NCBI GenBank assembly: GCA_029938635.1
Contig: JAOZUQ010000001.1
Coordinates: 14,880-78,879, forward strand
Reading direction: 5' to 3'
DNA length: 64,000 bases
Source: Candidatus Aminicenantes bacterium
GTDB lineage: Bacteria; Acidobacteriota; Aminicenantia; UBA2199
The translations under genes were made by a program, and so were the position numbers. Positions within the stretch are counted from its first letter, which is position 1. Every line of letters starts with the position of its first letter. The notes beneath the pieces are model-generated. The model did not search any database and had not been told where the DNA came from. It saw nothing but the letters and a program-made list of their open reading frames with translations. This document shows, piece by piece, positions 29,990 through 38,997 of this stretch.

Positions 29990-30492
29990 TGAACCCAAAA
30001 ATTGGAATGATAATGGGGAGCGATTCAGATTATCCTTATGTGGAAGGTGGAATAAAACTTCTTAAAAAATTTGAGATCCCTTTTCTTGTCGAAGTTAGTT
30101 CAGCACACAGAACACCTGACAGGACTACAAAACTGGTTAAACATTTTGAAAAATCCGGGATTAAGGTCATAATTGCTGCTGCCGGCGGAGCAGCTCATCT
30201 CCCGGGAGTAATTGCAGCACACACTCTTCTTCCGGTTCTGGGTGTCCCTATCACTTCATCGATATCCGGACTCGACTCACTTTATTCAATAGTTCAGATG
30301 CCAGGTGGTATCCCTGTTGCCGCTTTCAGCATAGGGAACTCAGGTGGAATAAATTCAGTTCTCTTTGCGATGGAAATACTCGCTCTGGAAGACAAATCGA
30401 TCAGGGATAAACTTGTCGAATTCAGAAAAGACCAGGGTGAACAAGTGCTGGAAAAAAGTATAAGACTCCAAAAAAAAATAGAAGATGAATGA
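29989..30492 (+). CDS. purE: N5-carboxyaminoimidazole ribonucleotide mutase
   Basis: IGMIMGSDSDYPY...SSAHRTPD...AAGGAAHLPGV is canonical for PurE. Confidence 0.9.
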   Translation: MNPKIGMIMGSDSDYPYVEGGIKLLKKFEIPFLVEVSSAHRTPDRTTKLVKHFEKSGIKVIIAAAGGAAHLPGVIAAHTLLPVLGVPITSSISGLDSLYSIVQMPGGIPVAAFSIGNSGGINSVLFAMEILALEDKSIRDKLVEFRKDQGEQVLEKSIRLQKKIEDE

Positions 30493-31739
30493 ACTTTTAT
30501 GTCAGTTTTTTCGGATGCCGTACAAATCAGGCCGAGATCCAGGAATGGATCATCGAACTGGAGAATCACGGATACCGGCTGACCGATGATATCGAAGAAG
30601 CTGAATTCGGCATTCTTAACACATGCAGTGTAACAGAAAAAGCCGAAAGGGATGTTTTAAGATTTTTAAGTAAGATTTACAAAAAATCAAACATCCCATG
30701 GGTCGTCACAGGATGTACTATCTCCAACAACGACGGTTCCCTTGATAAAAGGTATAGCAACTATCTTTTCCTCAATAATATTGAGAAAAAGGGGATCATT
30801 GAGTTAATCAGGGAAAAATTCCCTTTCAGTAACAACGTGATATTTCACTCCTCATTCCGGTCAAGATTTTTTCTGAAAGTTCAGGATGGATGTAATTTTA
30901 ATTGTTCATTCTGTATCGTCCCTTCATTGAGAGGGAAATCAGTCAGCATTCCACCGGAAGAGCTGGTAGAAAAAGCTGAATATTATTCATCTCTGGGATA
31001 CAGAGAAGTTATATTGACAGGGATCAACCTTTCTTCGTATGGATACGACCTGTTCCCGAGACGCAATATACTTGAACTGACAGAAGCCCTTTCAAAAATA
31101 AAAGATATTGATATCATACGGCTGAGTTCTCTTGACCCCCGATTCATAGATTTCAAATTCATTAAAAAGCTTAGTGGAACAGCAAAAATAGCCCACAGTT
31201 TTCACTTCTCCTTTCAAAGTGGAAATGACCCCATCCTCAGGAGCATGAAAAGAACCAGCAAAGTGAAGGACTACAGAAAACTACTTGGGGATTTTTCTTC
31301 ATTTTTCCCCAATGCTAACTATGGAGCAGATTTTATTCTCGGTTTCCCGGGCGAAGGAGAGAAGGAGTATATGGACACCTATGAATTTGTTAAGAACAGT
31401 CAGTTAAACTATATTCATGCATTCCCTTTCTCCCCGAGAAGAGGGACAAAAGCTGAAACAATGGAACCGGTACCCGGAAAAACGGTCAGGAAGAGAGTGC
31501 TTGAATTCAGAGAGCTTAATAGAGAAAAAAAACTCAGATACAGAGAGAAACTCAGAGGGAAAATACTCGAAGGAATCCTGATCGAGGAGAAGGATAACTA
31601 TTCACTCGTAACTACAAAAAATTATATCTCTGTAAGAGTCTCTACCATAAAAGGCCTTAAAAAGAGGCTTGTCAAAGTCAGGGTTACAAAAATCGTGAAT
31701 GAAAACCTTTGTGAGGGTGAAATTGTCAAAACTCCTTAA
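30489..31739 (+). CDS. mtaB: Radical-SAM methylthiotransferase, MiaB/RimO family (MtaB-like)
   Basis: N-terminal MTTase domain and a CNFNCSFC radical-SAM cluster, 416 aa. Confidence 0.75.
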   Translation: MNFYVSFFGCRTNQAEIQEWIIELENHGYRLTDDIEEAEFGILNTCSVTEKAERDVLRFLSKIYKKSNIPWVVTGCTISNNDGSLDKRYSNYLFLNNIEKKGIIELIREKFPFSNNVIFHSSFRSRFFLKVQDGCNFNCSFCIVPSLRGKSVSIPPEELVEKAEYYSSLGYREVILTGINLSSYGYDLFPRRNILELTEALSKIKDIDIIRLSSLDPRFIDFKFIKKLSGTAKIAHSFHFSFQSGNDPILRSMKRTSKVKDYRKLLGDFSSFFPNANYGADFILGFPGEGEKEYMDTYEFVKNSQLNYIHAFPFSPRRGTKAETMEPVPGKTVRKRVLEFRELNREKKLRYREKLRGKILEGILIEEKDNYSLVTTKNYISVRVSTIKGLKKRLVKVRVTKIVNENLCEGEIVKTP

Positions 31740-32202
31740 AATTCTCATCATTATATTTATTTCGTCTCTTATTAATGCAGAAGACCAAACATTAACAAAA
31801 ACTGATAAAACAAATCTCACCGGCAGCAGGGCTCTTGAAAAATCTCTTATATTCCCGGGATTAGGGCAACTCCATGAAAAAAAGAATCTAAAGGGTGTTA
31901 TTTTTATTACCAGCGAACTGATAGCAATAACGGGCGCAATTCTCAACAACCGTCAGGGAAATATCAATTATAATAAATACAGATCTTCATTAACTGAAAG
32001 TAATGCACTGTTTTTCAGGGAGGAGACAGAAAGATTTGACAGGAGCAGGAACCTTTTCATTGCAGCAGGAATTGGTGTCTGGATTATAAATATGCTGGAC
32101 ATCTATATCCTTAAAAAAAAAATGGAAAAAAAATCTATTGAGGTATCTCTTAAAAAAGGGATTAATAATGAAATATTTTTCACTCTTAATTATAGTTTCT
32201 AG
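31699..32202 (+). CDS. Hypothetical membrane protein (possibly DUF5683-like; PGLGQ motif)
   Basis: Signal or TM helix, then LIFPGLGQLHEKKN and a second TM. Weak family assignment. Confidence 0.3.
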   Translation: MKTFVRVKLSKLLKILIIIFISSLINAEDQTLTKTDKTNLTGSRALEKSLIFPGLGQLHEKKNLKGVIFITSELIAITGAILNNRQGNINYNKYRSSLTESNALFFREETERFDRSRNLFIAAGIGVWIINMLDIYILKKKMEKKSIEVSLKKGINNEIFFTLNYSF

Positions 32203-32872
32203 CCTCTTTTTTTCCTGCCGTGGAAGGATATTCAATAATCCAAACGATCCGGAGAAGGATGAGAGGGGCTATGAGATCCTTTCAATTATAAGTATAGAGA
32301 ACGGAAGGATACCCTTTGACCTGACCTTTTCGGGAGATTCACTCTGGATCATACAGGAGAGATCTCATCCTGTTTCACTTAATTATTCATCAGGAAGTAT
32401 GATCAGGGAATTATACACACAACCAGCCTCCGGGATCGCCTATGATAATACCAACCTCTGGATAATCGAAAATGAGACCCGCTCATTAGTTAATATAAGT
32501 ATAATTAACGGAGAAGAGATCCGGACGATCCGGCTGCCGGAGGGGGATTATAGTTATCTCGAATTCAGGGAGCCATACCTTTATACTATAGATAAGTTAA
32601 CGAATTCGATCACTACTATCGATCCAGATTCCGGTTCCATAATAACTTCTTTCAGATCTCCATCATTTTCCATTGACGGGTTTAGTTTTGACGGAATAAA
32701 CTTCTGGATACTTGATGGTTCCGAAACAAAGATATTTGTTACGGACACCGAAGGACTCCTGACAAACACATTCCGGACTCCGACCGATACTCCGTTAGGA
32801 CTTGCTTCCAGCGGAAATGTTATATGGATGGGTGATAAGAGCGGAAAGATATTAAAATTGAGATTCGATTGA
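32138..32872 (+). CDS. Putative lipoprotein with beta-propeller-like repeats
   Basis: Lipobox-like LFFSC after a signal peptide. Repeated LWII / FWIL / IWMG beta-strand motifs. Confidence 0.35.
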   Translation: MRYLLKKGLIMKYFSLLIIVSSLFFSCRGRIFNNPNDPEKDERGYEILSIISIENGRIPFDLTFSGDSLWIIQERSHPVSLNYSSGSMIRELYTQPASGIAYDNTNLWIIENETRSLVNISIINGEEIRTIRLPEGDYSYLEFREPYLYTIDKLTNSITTIDPDSGSIITSFRSPSFSIDGFSFDGINFWILDGSETKIFVTDTEGLLTNTFRTPTDTPLGLASSGNVIWMGDKSGKILKLRFD

Positions 32873-34704
32873 TAACAAAAAAAACATTAACAACAATATC
32901 TCTAATCATGATCTCCACTTTTCTACATCTGAACTCATCGATATTAATTGACATATCAGGAGATTATCTTTTCTACAGTTACGACCATAATTATATATTT
33001 GGAAAAGGGAACATTATAATAAAAGCAGGTGATTGTGAATTACGGGGAACCTCACTCGAGATCAATATGAGGAACAGGTCACTGCTTTTAACATCATTTT
33101 GCAAAGTGATCTGCTCAGACAAAAAAGTTCAGTATGCAGATATGGTAAGATCGGATCTGAATAAAATGTCTCTCACTTTATACAATTATGGGGAGAAAAT
33201 ACAGATAACTTCCTTCAAAGGTATGAAGCCCTCCTCAGATTTTCCCAGGAAAGGACGAATACTATTGGAGGACTCACTCCTCTATTTTGTCGGCAAAAGA
33301 TTCAAGATCAGAGATAATTTTGAGCTGACAGGTTACAAGGTTATTGTATTCATTGAGGGAACACAATCCGTATCATTTAATAAATTCAGAATGGACAAAG
33401 GTGTATCGGGGAAAAATGATCTCTTCAATATCAATAATTTATGGTATACAAATAAATCAGGGCTTATTACCGATGTTTCATTTAATTATAAGAATGACAC
33501 GGGAAAAATTAAATTTTCCAACCGTGAATATGTAAAATTAAATTATGACATGTTCAAGGTCAGATCCGACTCTCCGAAACCACAATTCAATATTGGGACA
33601 GAAAGTTCTTTAAAAATTTCTAAAGCTTCAACTTTAATTCTAAGAGGGGGGTATATTACCAGGAATTCAGGAACGGCACTTTTAACATGGAATTTAAAAC
33701 CCGGTAAAATAGTCAATTCTTCACTGACGCTTAACTACAGGGATAGAGTAAACAGCAATTCAGAGTTATGGATCAGAGGAGGGCTGGGGCTTGACCTAAA
33801 AAAAGGCGGGCAAATAAATTTCAAATATAATCATGAAAAAAAACTCGGATATTCAGGAAATATCACTTATACCAACAGGATAGCAAAATTTTTGTCCTTC
33901 TCCGCAGCTTCCAGCCTGTCTGCAATTAAACTTTCAGATTCCATACTTAACAAAATATCAGACACACATCTCACCCTGAATTATACAAACAGAGTATTTA
34001 ATTTTTCTGCGAATTACTCACTCAACAGGGACCTTATAAATGACAATTCCCGTTATTCCCCCGGATTTACCATAAACACAAAACCCCTCCCTTTTTACGG
34101 AGGACTGCTTAACCTGAATTTTTCATCGTCACTTCTTTTCAATACTGTAATAAGGGAGGATTCAGAGGAAAATTCCTTCAGATCGAATTCAGCTCTCTCC
34201 ATTTCCGGGAAACATCTTGATATTTCAGATAATATATTTATTGATATTTCAGGAAAGATCGAACAATTTTTTGACAGCGACCCTATGGAAAATTTCACAA
34301 CCTCAGGTGTTATTCTCCGAAGTGTTCATAAGTTTTCAGATAATACATCAATTGAACTACTTTACAATTTCCATACCAGACGTGAAACCAGGGAATGGTT
34401 GATCACCGGAACTTCGACAGGAGATCTGTCTGCTGTATTTAGATTAAAAACACCTGAAGGAAAATTGAATATGCAGAGTTCGATATCCTATGATGTTGAG
34501 AGGGGAGATTATACAACAGGATTTTTAAATTTGAGATATAATTTGATAAAGCATTGGGACTTCCACTCTTTTTTAAATTATGATTTCGAATTCAAACGGA
34601 TGAACTATAATATTTTTCTTGAGAGGAGGGCGGGCAGGATATTACTTCGTGTTTCTTACAGGTCTCTATCGAAACAATTTCAACTGGAGCTGATCCCGAG
34701 ATAA
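32869..34704 (+). CDS. lptD: Outer-membrane protein with an N-terminal OstA/LptA-like domain; putative short LptD homolog
   Basis: N-terminal GNIIIKAGDCELRGTSLEINMRNRSLLL (OstA-like jellyroll pattern) and a beta-rich C-terminus. It lies immediately upstream of rsmA, as in the conserved lptD...ksgA neighbourhood. Confidence 0.4.
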   Translation: MITKKTLTTISLIMISTFLHLNSSILIDISGDYLFYSYDHNYIFGKGNIIIKAGDCELRGTSLEINMRNRSLLLTSFCKVICSDKKVQYADMVRSDLNKMSLTLYNYGEKIQITSFKGMKPSSDFPRKGRILLEDSLLYFVGKRFKIRDNFELTGYKVIVFIEGTQSVSFNKFRMDKGVSGKNDLFNINNLWYTNKSGLITDVSFNYKNDTGKIKFSNREYVKLNYDMFKVRSDSPKPQFNIGTESSLKISKASTLILRGGYITRNSGTALLTWNLKPGKIVNSSLTLNYRDRVNSNSELWIRGGLGLDLKKGGQINFKYNHEKKLGYSGNITYTNRIAKFLSFSAASSLSAIKLSDSILNKISDTHLTLNYTNRVFNFSANYSLNRDLINDNSRYSPGFTINTKPLPFYGGLLNLNFSSSLLFNTVIREDSEENSFRSNSALSISGKHLDISDNIFIDISGKIEQFFDSDPMENFTTSGVILRSVHKFSDNTSIELLYNFHTRRETREWLITGTSTGDLSAVFRLKTPEGKLNMQSSISYDVERGDYTTGFLNLRYNLIKHWDFHSFLNYDFEFKRMNYNIFLERRAGRILLRVSYRSLSKQFQLELIPR

Positions 34705-35552
34705 TGACAAAACAGAAACTGGGTCAACATTTTCTCTACGATAAAAAAATCGGAGAAAAAATTGTCAATTCTATCAATGATTCAAAAGATACTATCATTG
34801 AGATCGGGCCGGGGAGGGGGATAATGACAAATATCCTCACCGGACAAGCCGGAGAGAGGAGGATCATAGCCGTTGAAAAAGATGAAACACTTTACAATAA
34901 CCTCCTCACCAACGAAAACCTTAAGGGAGTTGAACTCTTAAACAAAGATATTCTCAAACTTAACATTGCAGAAGTTTCAGAAGGAAGATCGATAACTATT
35001 CTCGGCAATATCCCATACTATATATCAAAAGAGATAATTGACTGGATCATGAGAGGAAGTGAATTTATTAACAGTGGGACACTCCTTGTACAAAAAGAGT
35101 TCTTTTTAAAGATCACATCCACTCCCGGTTCAAAGATATACAATGCTCAATCTGTAATATTCGGACTTCTATTTGACAGCAGCAAACTTTTCGAAGTAAA
35201 ACCGGGATCATTCTCCCCTCCACCCAAAGTGACTTCAGTTGTGTTCTCATTTTCACAAAGGGGACAGGCACTTTTTTCTACTGATCCCCCTTTAATCCCC
35301 CTTGAAGAAGGGGGAAAGCTCTTTACCTCCCTTAGTAAGGGGGGTGGCGAAGCCGGGGGGATAGCCAGACTCTACACTATGTTAAAAACAGCATTCATCC
35401 ACAGAAGAAAAACACTCATAAACAATCTGGGGAAGGGTTACGATAAAAATACCATAAAGAAATTTCTTGAAACAAAATCCCTCCCATCCGATATAAGAGC
35501 AGAGGACATGACAAGAGAAGATCTCAGGGAACTATATTTATCACTTCGATAA
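34704..35552 (+). CDS. rsmA: 16S rRNA (adenine1518/1519-N6)-dimethyltransferase RsmA/KsgA, carrying a ~25-aa in-frame insertion encoded by a GC-rich palindromic repeat
   Basis: QHFLYDKKI...IEIGPGRGIMT is the SAM-binding motif. The C-terminal domain contains ...RGQALFSTDPPLIPLEEGGKLFTSLSKGGGEAGGIARLY... where other KsgA proteins have ~20 aa. Confidence 0.85.
   Translation: MTKQKLGQHFLYDKKIGEKIVNSINDSKDTIIEIGPGRGIMTNILTGQAGERRIIAVEKDETLYNNLLTNENLKGVELLNKDILKLNIAEVSEGRSITILGNIPYYISKEIIDWIMRGSEFINSGTLLVQKEFFLKITSTPGSKIYNAQSVIFGLLFDSSKLFEVKPGSFSPPPKVTSVVFSFSQRGQALFSTDPPLIPLEEGGKLFTSLSKGGGEAGGIARLYTMLKTAFIHRRKTLINNLGKGYDKNTIKKFLETKSLPSDIRAEDMTREDLRELYLSLR
35283..35365. repeat. GC-rich palindromic repeat element (two C5-6/G5-6 hairpins plus a GGCGAAGCCGGGGGGATA tail) inside the rsmA coding sequence
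   Basis: TCCCCCTTGAAGAAGGGGGAA and CCTCCCTTAGTAAGGGGGGTGG hairpins. There is a 28-nt near-identity with the 35752-35792 copy. Confidence 0.55.
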
Positions 35553-35751
35553 ATGGGGATGAAATAACCAGTGCGTATAGAGAGTGTGATAGACACCTTT
35601 GTCCCTTGAATTAAAAGAACATATTAGATCAATATAATACAAACAACACCTTTAAATGAAAAATGTATTTCAGAAAGACTGTCTGAACCCCGATTCGCTG
35701 ATTTTATGAATTACCTGATTAAAAAGTGCTAAATTTGAATTCAGGACTTAT

Positions 35752-35792
35752 AATCCCCCCAACCCCCCCTTACCAAGGGGGGAGGCGAAGCC
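35752..35792. repeat. Second copy of the GC-rich palindromic repeat (CCCCCCTTACCAAGGGGGG hairpin plus GGCGAAGCCGGGGGGATA) in the intergenic region
   Basis: TAATCCCCCCAACCCCCCCTTACCAAGGGGGGAGGCGAAGCCGGGGGGATA. Compare the rsmA-internal copy. Confidence 0.55.
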
Positions 35793-36011
35793 GGGGGGAT
35801 AAAAGATCAGCTTGATTCGCCCCTGTATGGGGCCTACAGGATCCAAGATTCGGATAACAACAGTTATGTAAGATGTGATTTCAACCCTTATTCGCCTTGT
35901 TTTTTTTAATATTGTGTAATTAAATTGATATAAAATTCAGAAAATGAGCAAAAGTTCATGGAAATAGACTTGCTTATAGTTTTGCGATTAACTATAAATT
36001 AAGTAATTCAT

Positions 36012-37115
36012 GTGAGAGATGGGGGTGGCAATGAAGAATTTGATCCGGATGATATTCATACTTTTTTAACTTTTATTAATTATGGAGATATATTAAATAA
36101 AGATGTAAATATTAACCTGAAAAAAATTACTATCGTTAAAGATGATTCAGAACAATATTATTTTAAATATCCTTCCAGTCCTAAAATAAATAGTATAGGT
36201 AAAATTCTTATTACAGATAAAGATCAATTGTTGATTTTTAACAAGGATGGGAAATTTGTAAAAAACATTTATAAAAGAGGTGAAGGTCCAGGAGAATTAC
36301 TTAATATCTTGGGAGTATGGCCAGGAAAGGATCATTTTGTTGTCTTTAATAGTTCACCAGGGAAAATGCTTGTTTATAATTACAAGGGTACACTTATGAA
36401 TGAAGTATATTTTAAGAAAAATATCTATAAATCAAAATTTTTTTCTTATAGTGGGAATAAATATTATTTTACTGAGGAAGAATACGAAAATACTCAAAGA
36501 GGGACAATAATATTAGATACTAAAGTCAAACTATTTACCATTAATGAAGAGGGGAAGTTTCTGGGGTATCAAATCCCCTGGATTTCAAAGAAATATTATT
36601 TAGGAAAAAGAACAGTCATGAATTTGAGTTTCATTCAATATGGAACAGAAGATAATAATTTATATTATGTAGCAAGTACTGGATTATATCAATTGTATAA
36701 ACTTGATTTATTTCATAAAGAGATAAATATTTTGATAAAAAAGGATTATCCTAAAATAAATATCAGAAAAGAATGGAGAAAGTTTACTCATCCTTTCACC
36801 TATAAAGTTCAAAAAAAGTATGCCAGAAACACTCTAGATGATATTTTAAAGATCCGTGTCGATAATGGAAAAATTTGGCTATTTACATCAACTTTTAACG
36901 AACAAAATGTAGTAAAAGTAGATGTTTATGATAAAAGTGGTACTTTAAAAGGAGTAATTGATTTTCCTATGCCCAAAAGCCTTCACCTCGCTAAGCTATC
37001 ATATCTTCCTCTTACATTTTACAAAGATCAGTTGTGGATATTCGAGGATCTCGAATCAGAAGGTTTTAGTCTGGTTGGTTATCAAATACAAAACATTCCA
37101 TCTTGGGCAAAATGA
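36012..37115 (+). CDS. 6-bladed beta-propeller family protein (paralog of 13029..14177); the N-terminal signal peptide is apparently out of frame
   Basis: KRGEGPGELLNI and other motifs are shared with the 13029 ORF. An ATG at 36031 in the +1 frame encodes MKNLIRMIFILF, then a stop inside a T6 run (36062-36067). One extra T would fuse it to the main frame. Confidence 0.5.
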   Translation: MRDGGGNEEFDPDDIHTFLTFINYGDILNKDVNINLKKITIVKDDSEQYYFKYPSSPKINSIGKILITDKDQLLIFNKDGKFVKNIYKRGEGPGELLNILGVWPGKDHFVVFNSSPGKMLVYNYKGTLMNEVYFKKNIYKSKFFSYSGNKYYFTEEEYENTQRGTIILDTKVKLFTINEEGKFLGYQIPWISKKYYLGKRTVMNLSFIQYGTEDNNLYYVASTGLYQLYKLDLFHKEINILIKKDYPKINIRKEWRKFTHPFTYKVQKKYARNTLDDILKIRVDNGKIWLFTSTFNEQNVVKVDVYDKSGTLKGVIDFPMPKSLHLAKLSYLPLTFYKDQLWIFEDLESEGFSLVGYQIQNIPSWAK

Positions 37116-37195
37116 TTTACTTAGAATTATCTTTAGGTTTGTATTAGGTGTAATTGTGTAAACACAAATATCCTCTTCAGATTACTTAGTTACTA

Positions 37196-38878
37196 TCACG
37201 AAAGGCCGGTGATTTCATGACCACTGTTGTCGATGTCGATCCCTTCTGCAGAGGGAACTCTGGGCAAGCCCGGCATGAGCATTACATCACCTGAAATAGG
37301 TATCAGATATCCGGCTCCTGTCGCAATATTTATATTATTAATGTTAAGTCTCCATCCTGTCGGGACATTGAGTTTTTTCTTGTTATCAGAAAATGATAGC
37401 GGTGTCTTTGCGATACATACCGGATATTTTTCCAGGCCCAGTTTTTTTATCAGTTTCAGTTTCCTTTTCGCATCCCAGGAAAATATTACTCCATCTGCAC
37501 CATAAACATCCCTGGCGATCTTTTCGATCTTTACTTCAGGCGGATCATCCAGTGAATAGATCCTCTTGAAATTTCCGTCAGATGAATCTGCCATAGTGGT
37601 GACTTTTTCAGCAAGTCCTATTGCCCCTTTCCCACCTTCCAGAAAAACATTGCTTCGAGCAACTTCAGTACCGTTTTCTTTTACATAATTTTCAATTACT
37701 GTAAGTTCCTCATCTTCATCATCAGGAAAAGCATTGATCGCAACAATGGGAGCAAATCCCATCTTTTTTATATTCTCAATATGTTTACCAAGGTTGGGCA
37801 GGCCCTTCTTGAGCGAACTCATCCCGTCTCCTCCACCCTGATGCCTTAAAGCCCTGACCGTTGCGACCAGGACAACTGCATGAATCTTATATCCTGCAAA
37901 ACGGGTGACCATATCAACATATTTCTCAAATCCCAAATCTGACCCGAATCCACACTCTGTAACTACATAATCACTGAGTTTCAGTGCAAGCTTTGTCGAC
38001 AGGACGCTATTGGTTCCAAAAGAAATATTTGCAAACGGGCCACTATGAACAAAGGCCGGAGTATTCTCAATGGTCTGGACAAGATTGGGCTTGATCGCTT
38101 CCCTCAAAACCGTTGCCATTGCCCCGCATACTTTAAAATCTTTTGCATAAACCGGTTCATCATCCCGGGTAAATCCGACCAGTATATTTCCGAGTCTTTC
38201 TTTAAGATCATCGATATCTCTTGCCAGAGTAAGGATAGCCATGATCTCACTTGCAGCGGAAATTATAAAGCCATTCTCACGCGGATACCCCTGCCCCTTT
38301 CCGCCAAGTCCTACAACTATGTTCCTCAGACTTCTGTCATTCATATCCATTGCCCTCTGCCAGAGTATCTTTCTGGTATCAAGCTTCTTGCTGTTCGAAT
38401 AGTGAATGTGATTGTCCAGTACAGCCGAGAGTAGATTATGAGCAGTAGTGATAGCATGAATGTCGCCTGTGAAGTGAAGGTTTATATCCACCATAGGAAG
38501 GACCTGTGAATATCCGCCCCCGGCAGCTCCGCCTTTCACTCCGAACACCGGGCCCAGCGATGGTTCACGAAGAGTTACTATCGACCTCTTCCCTATCCTG
38601 TTGATCCCCATTGTCAAACCAACCGAAGTTGTGGTCTTACCTTCACCGAATTTTGTCGGAGTAATAGCTGTAACCACTATCAATTTTCCATCTTTCTTAT
38701 TCTCCAGCCTTTTAATTGCCCGGAGGGATACTTTTCCTTTAAACCGGCCGTACGGCCAGAACTCATTCTCCTTGATCTGTAACTCTTTCCTTATATCTTC
38801 AATATTTTTCAGATCAGCACTCCTGGCAATTGCTATATCACTTTTCAATTTTCCCTCCATAAAAAAAAATACTATCAA
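37196..38878 (-). CDS. fhs: Formate--tetrahydrofolate ligase
   Basis: SDIAIARSADLK...KLIVVTAITPTKFGEGKTTTSVGL and ~556 aa are canonical for FTHFS. Confidence 0.9.
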   Translation of the reverse strand: MIVFFFMEGKLKSDIAIARSADLKNIEDIRKELQIKENEFWPYGRFKGKVSLRAIKRLENKKDGKLIVVTAITPTKFGEGKTTTSVGLTMGINRIGKRSIVTLREPSLGPVFGVKGGAAGGGYSQVLPMVDINLHFTGDIHAITTAHNLLSAVLDNHIHYSNSKKLDTRKILWQRAMDMNDRSLRNIVVGLGGKGQGYPRENGFIISAASEIMAILTLARDIDDLKERLGNILVGFTRDDEPVYAKDFKVCGAMATVLREAIKPNLVQTIENTPAFVHSGPFANISFGTNSVLSTKLALKLSDYVVTECGFGSDLGFEKYVDMVTRFAGYKIHAVVLVATVRALRHQGGGDGMSSLKKGLPNLGKHIENIKKMGFAPIVAINAFPDDEDEELTVIENYVKENGTEVARSNVFLEGGKGAIGLAEKVTTMADSSDGNFKRIYSLDDPPEVKIEKIARDVYGADGVIFSWDAKRKLKLIKKLGLEKYPVCIAKTPLSFSDNKKKLNVPTGWRLNINNINIATGAGYLIPISGDVMLMPGLPRVPSAEGIDIDNSGHEITGLS

Positions 38879-38997
38879 CCATGATTAAAATAGTCAACAA
38901 GACACAATAGAGAGACCGGAATCACTTGACAAAATCCGGAAAATCCTATTAAATATACTTTTTTATCCTCTAAGTTGTTAATAAAAAGGAGAATGGT

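Noticed and set aside
38930-38997. CCGGAatcacTTGACAaaaTCCGGaaaatcc upstream of the transporter gene as an operator
   Set aside because: It is only a 5-bp inverted repeat overlapping a sigma70-like -35 box, which is too weak to call. It is probably just the promoter.
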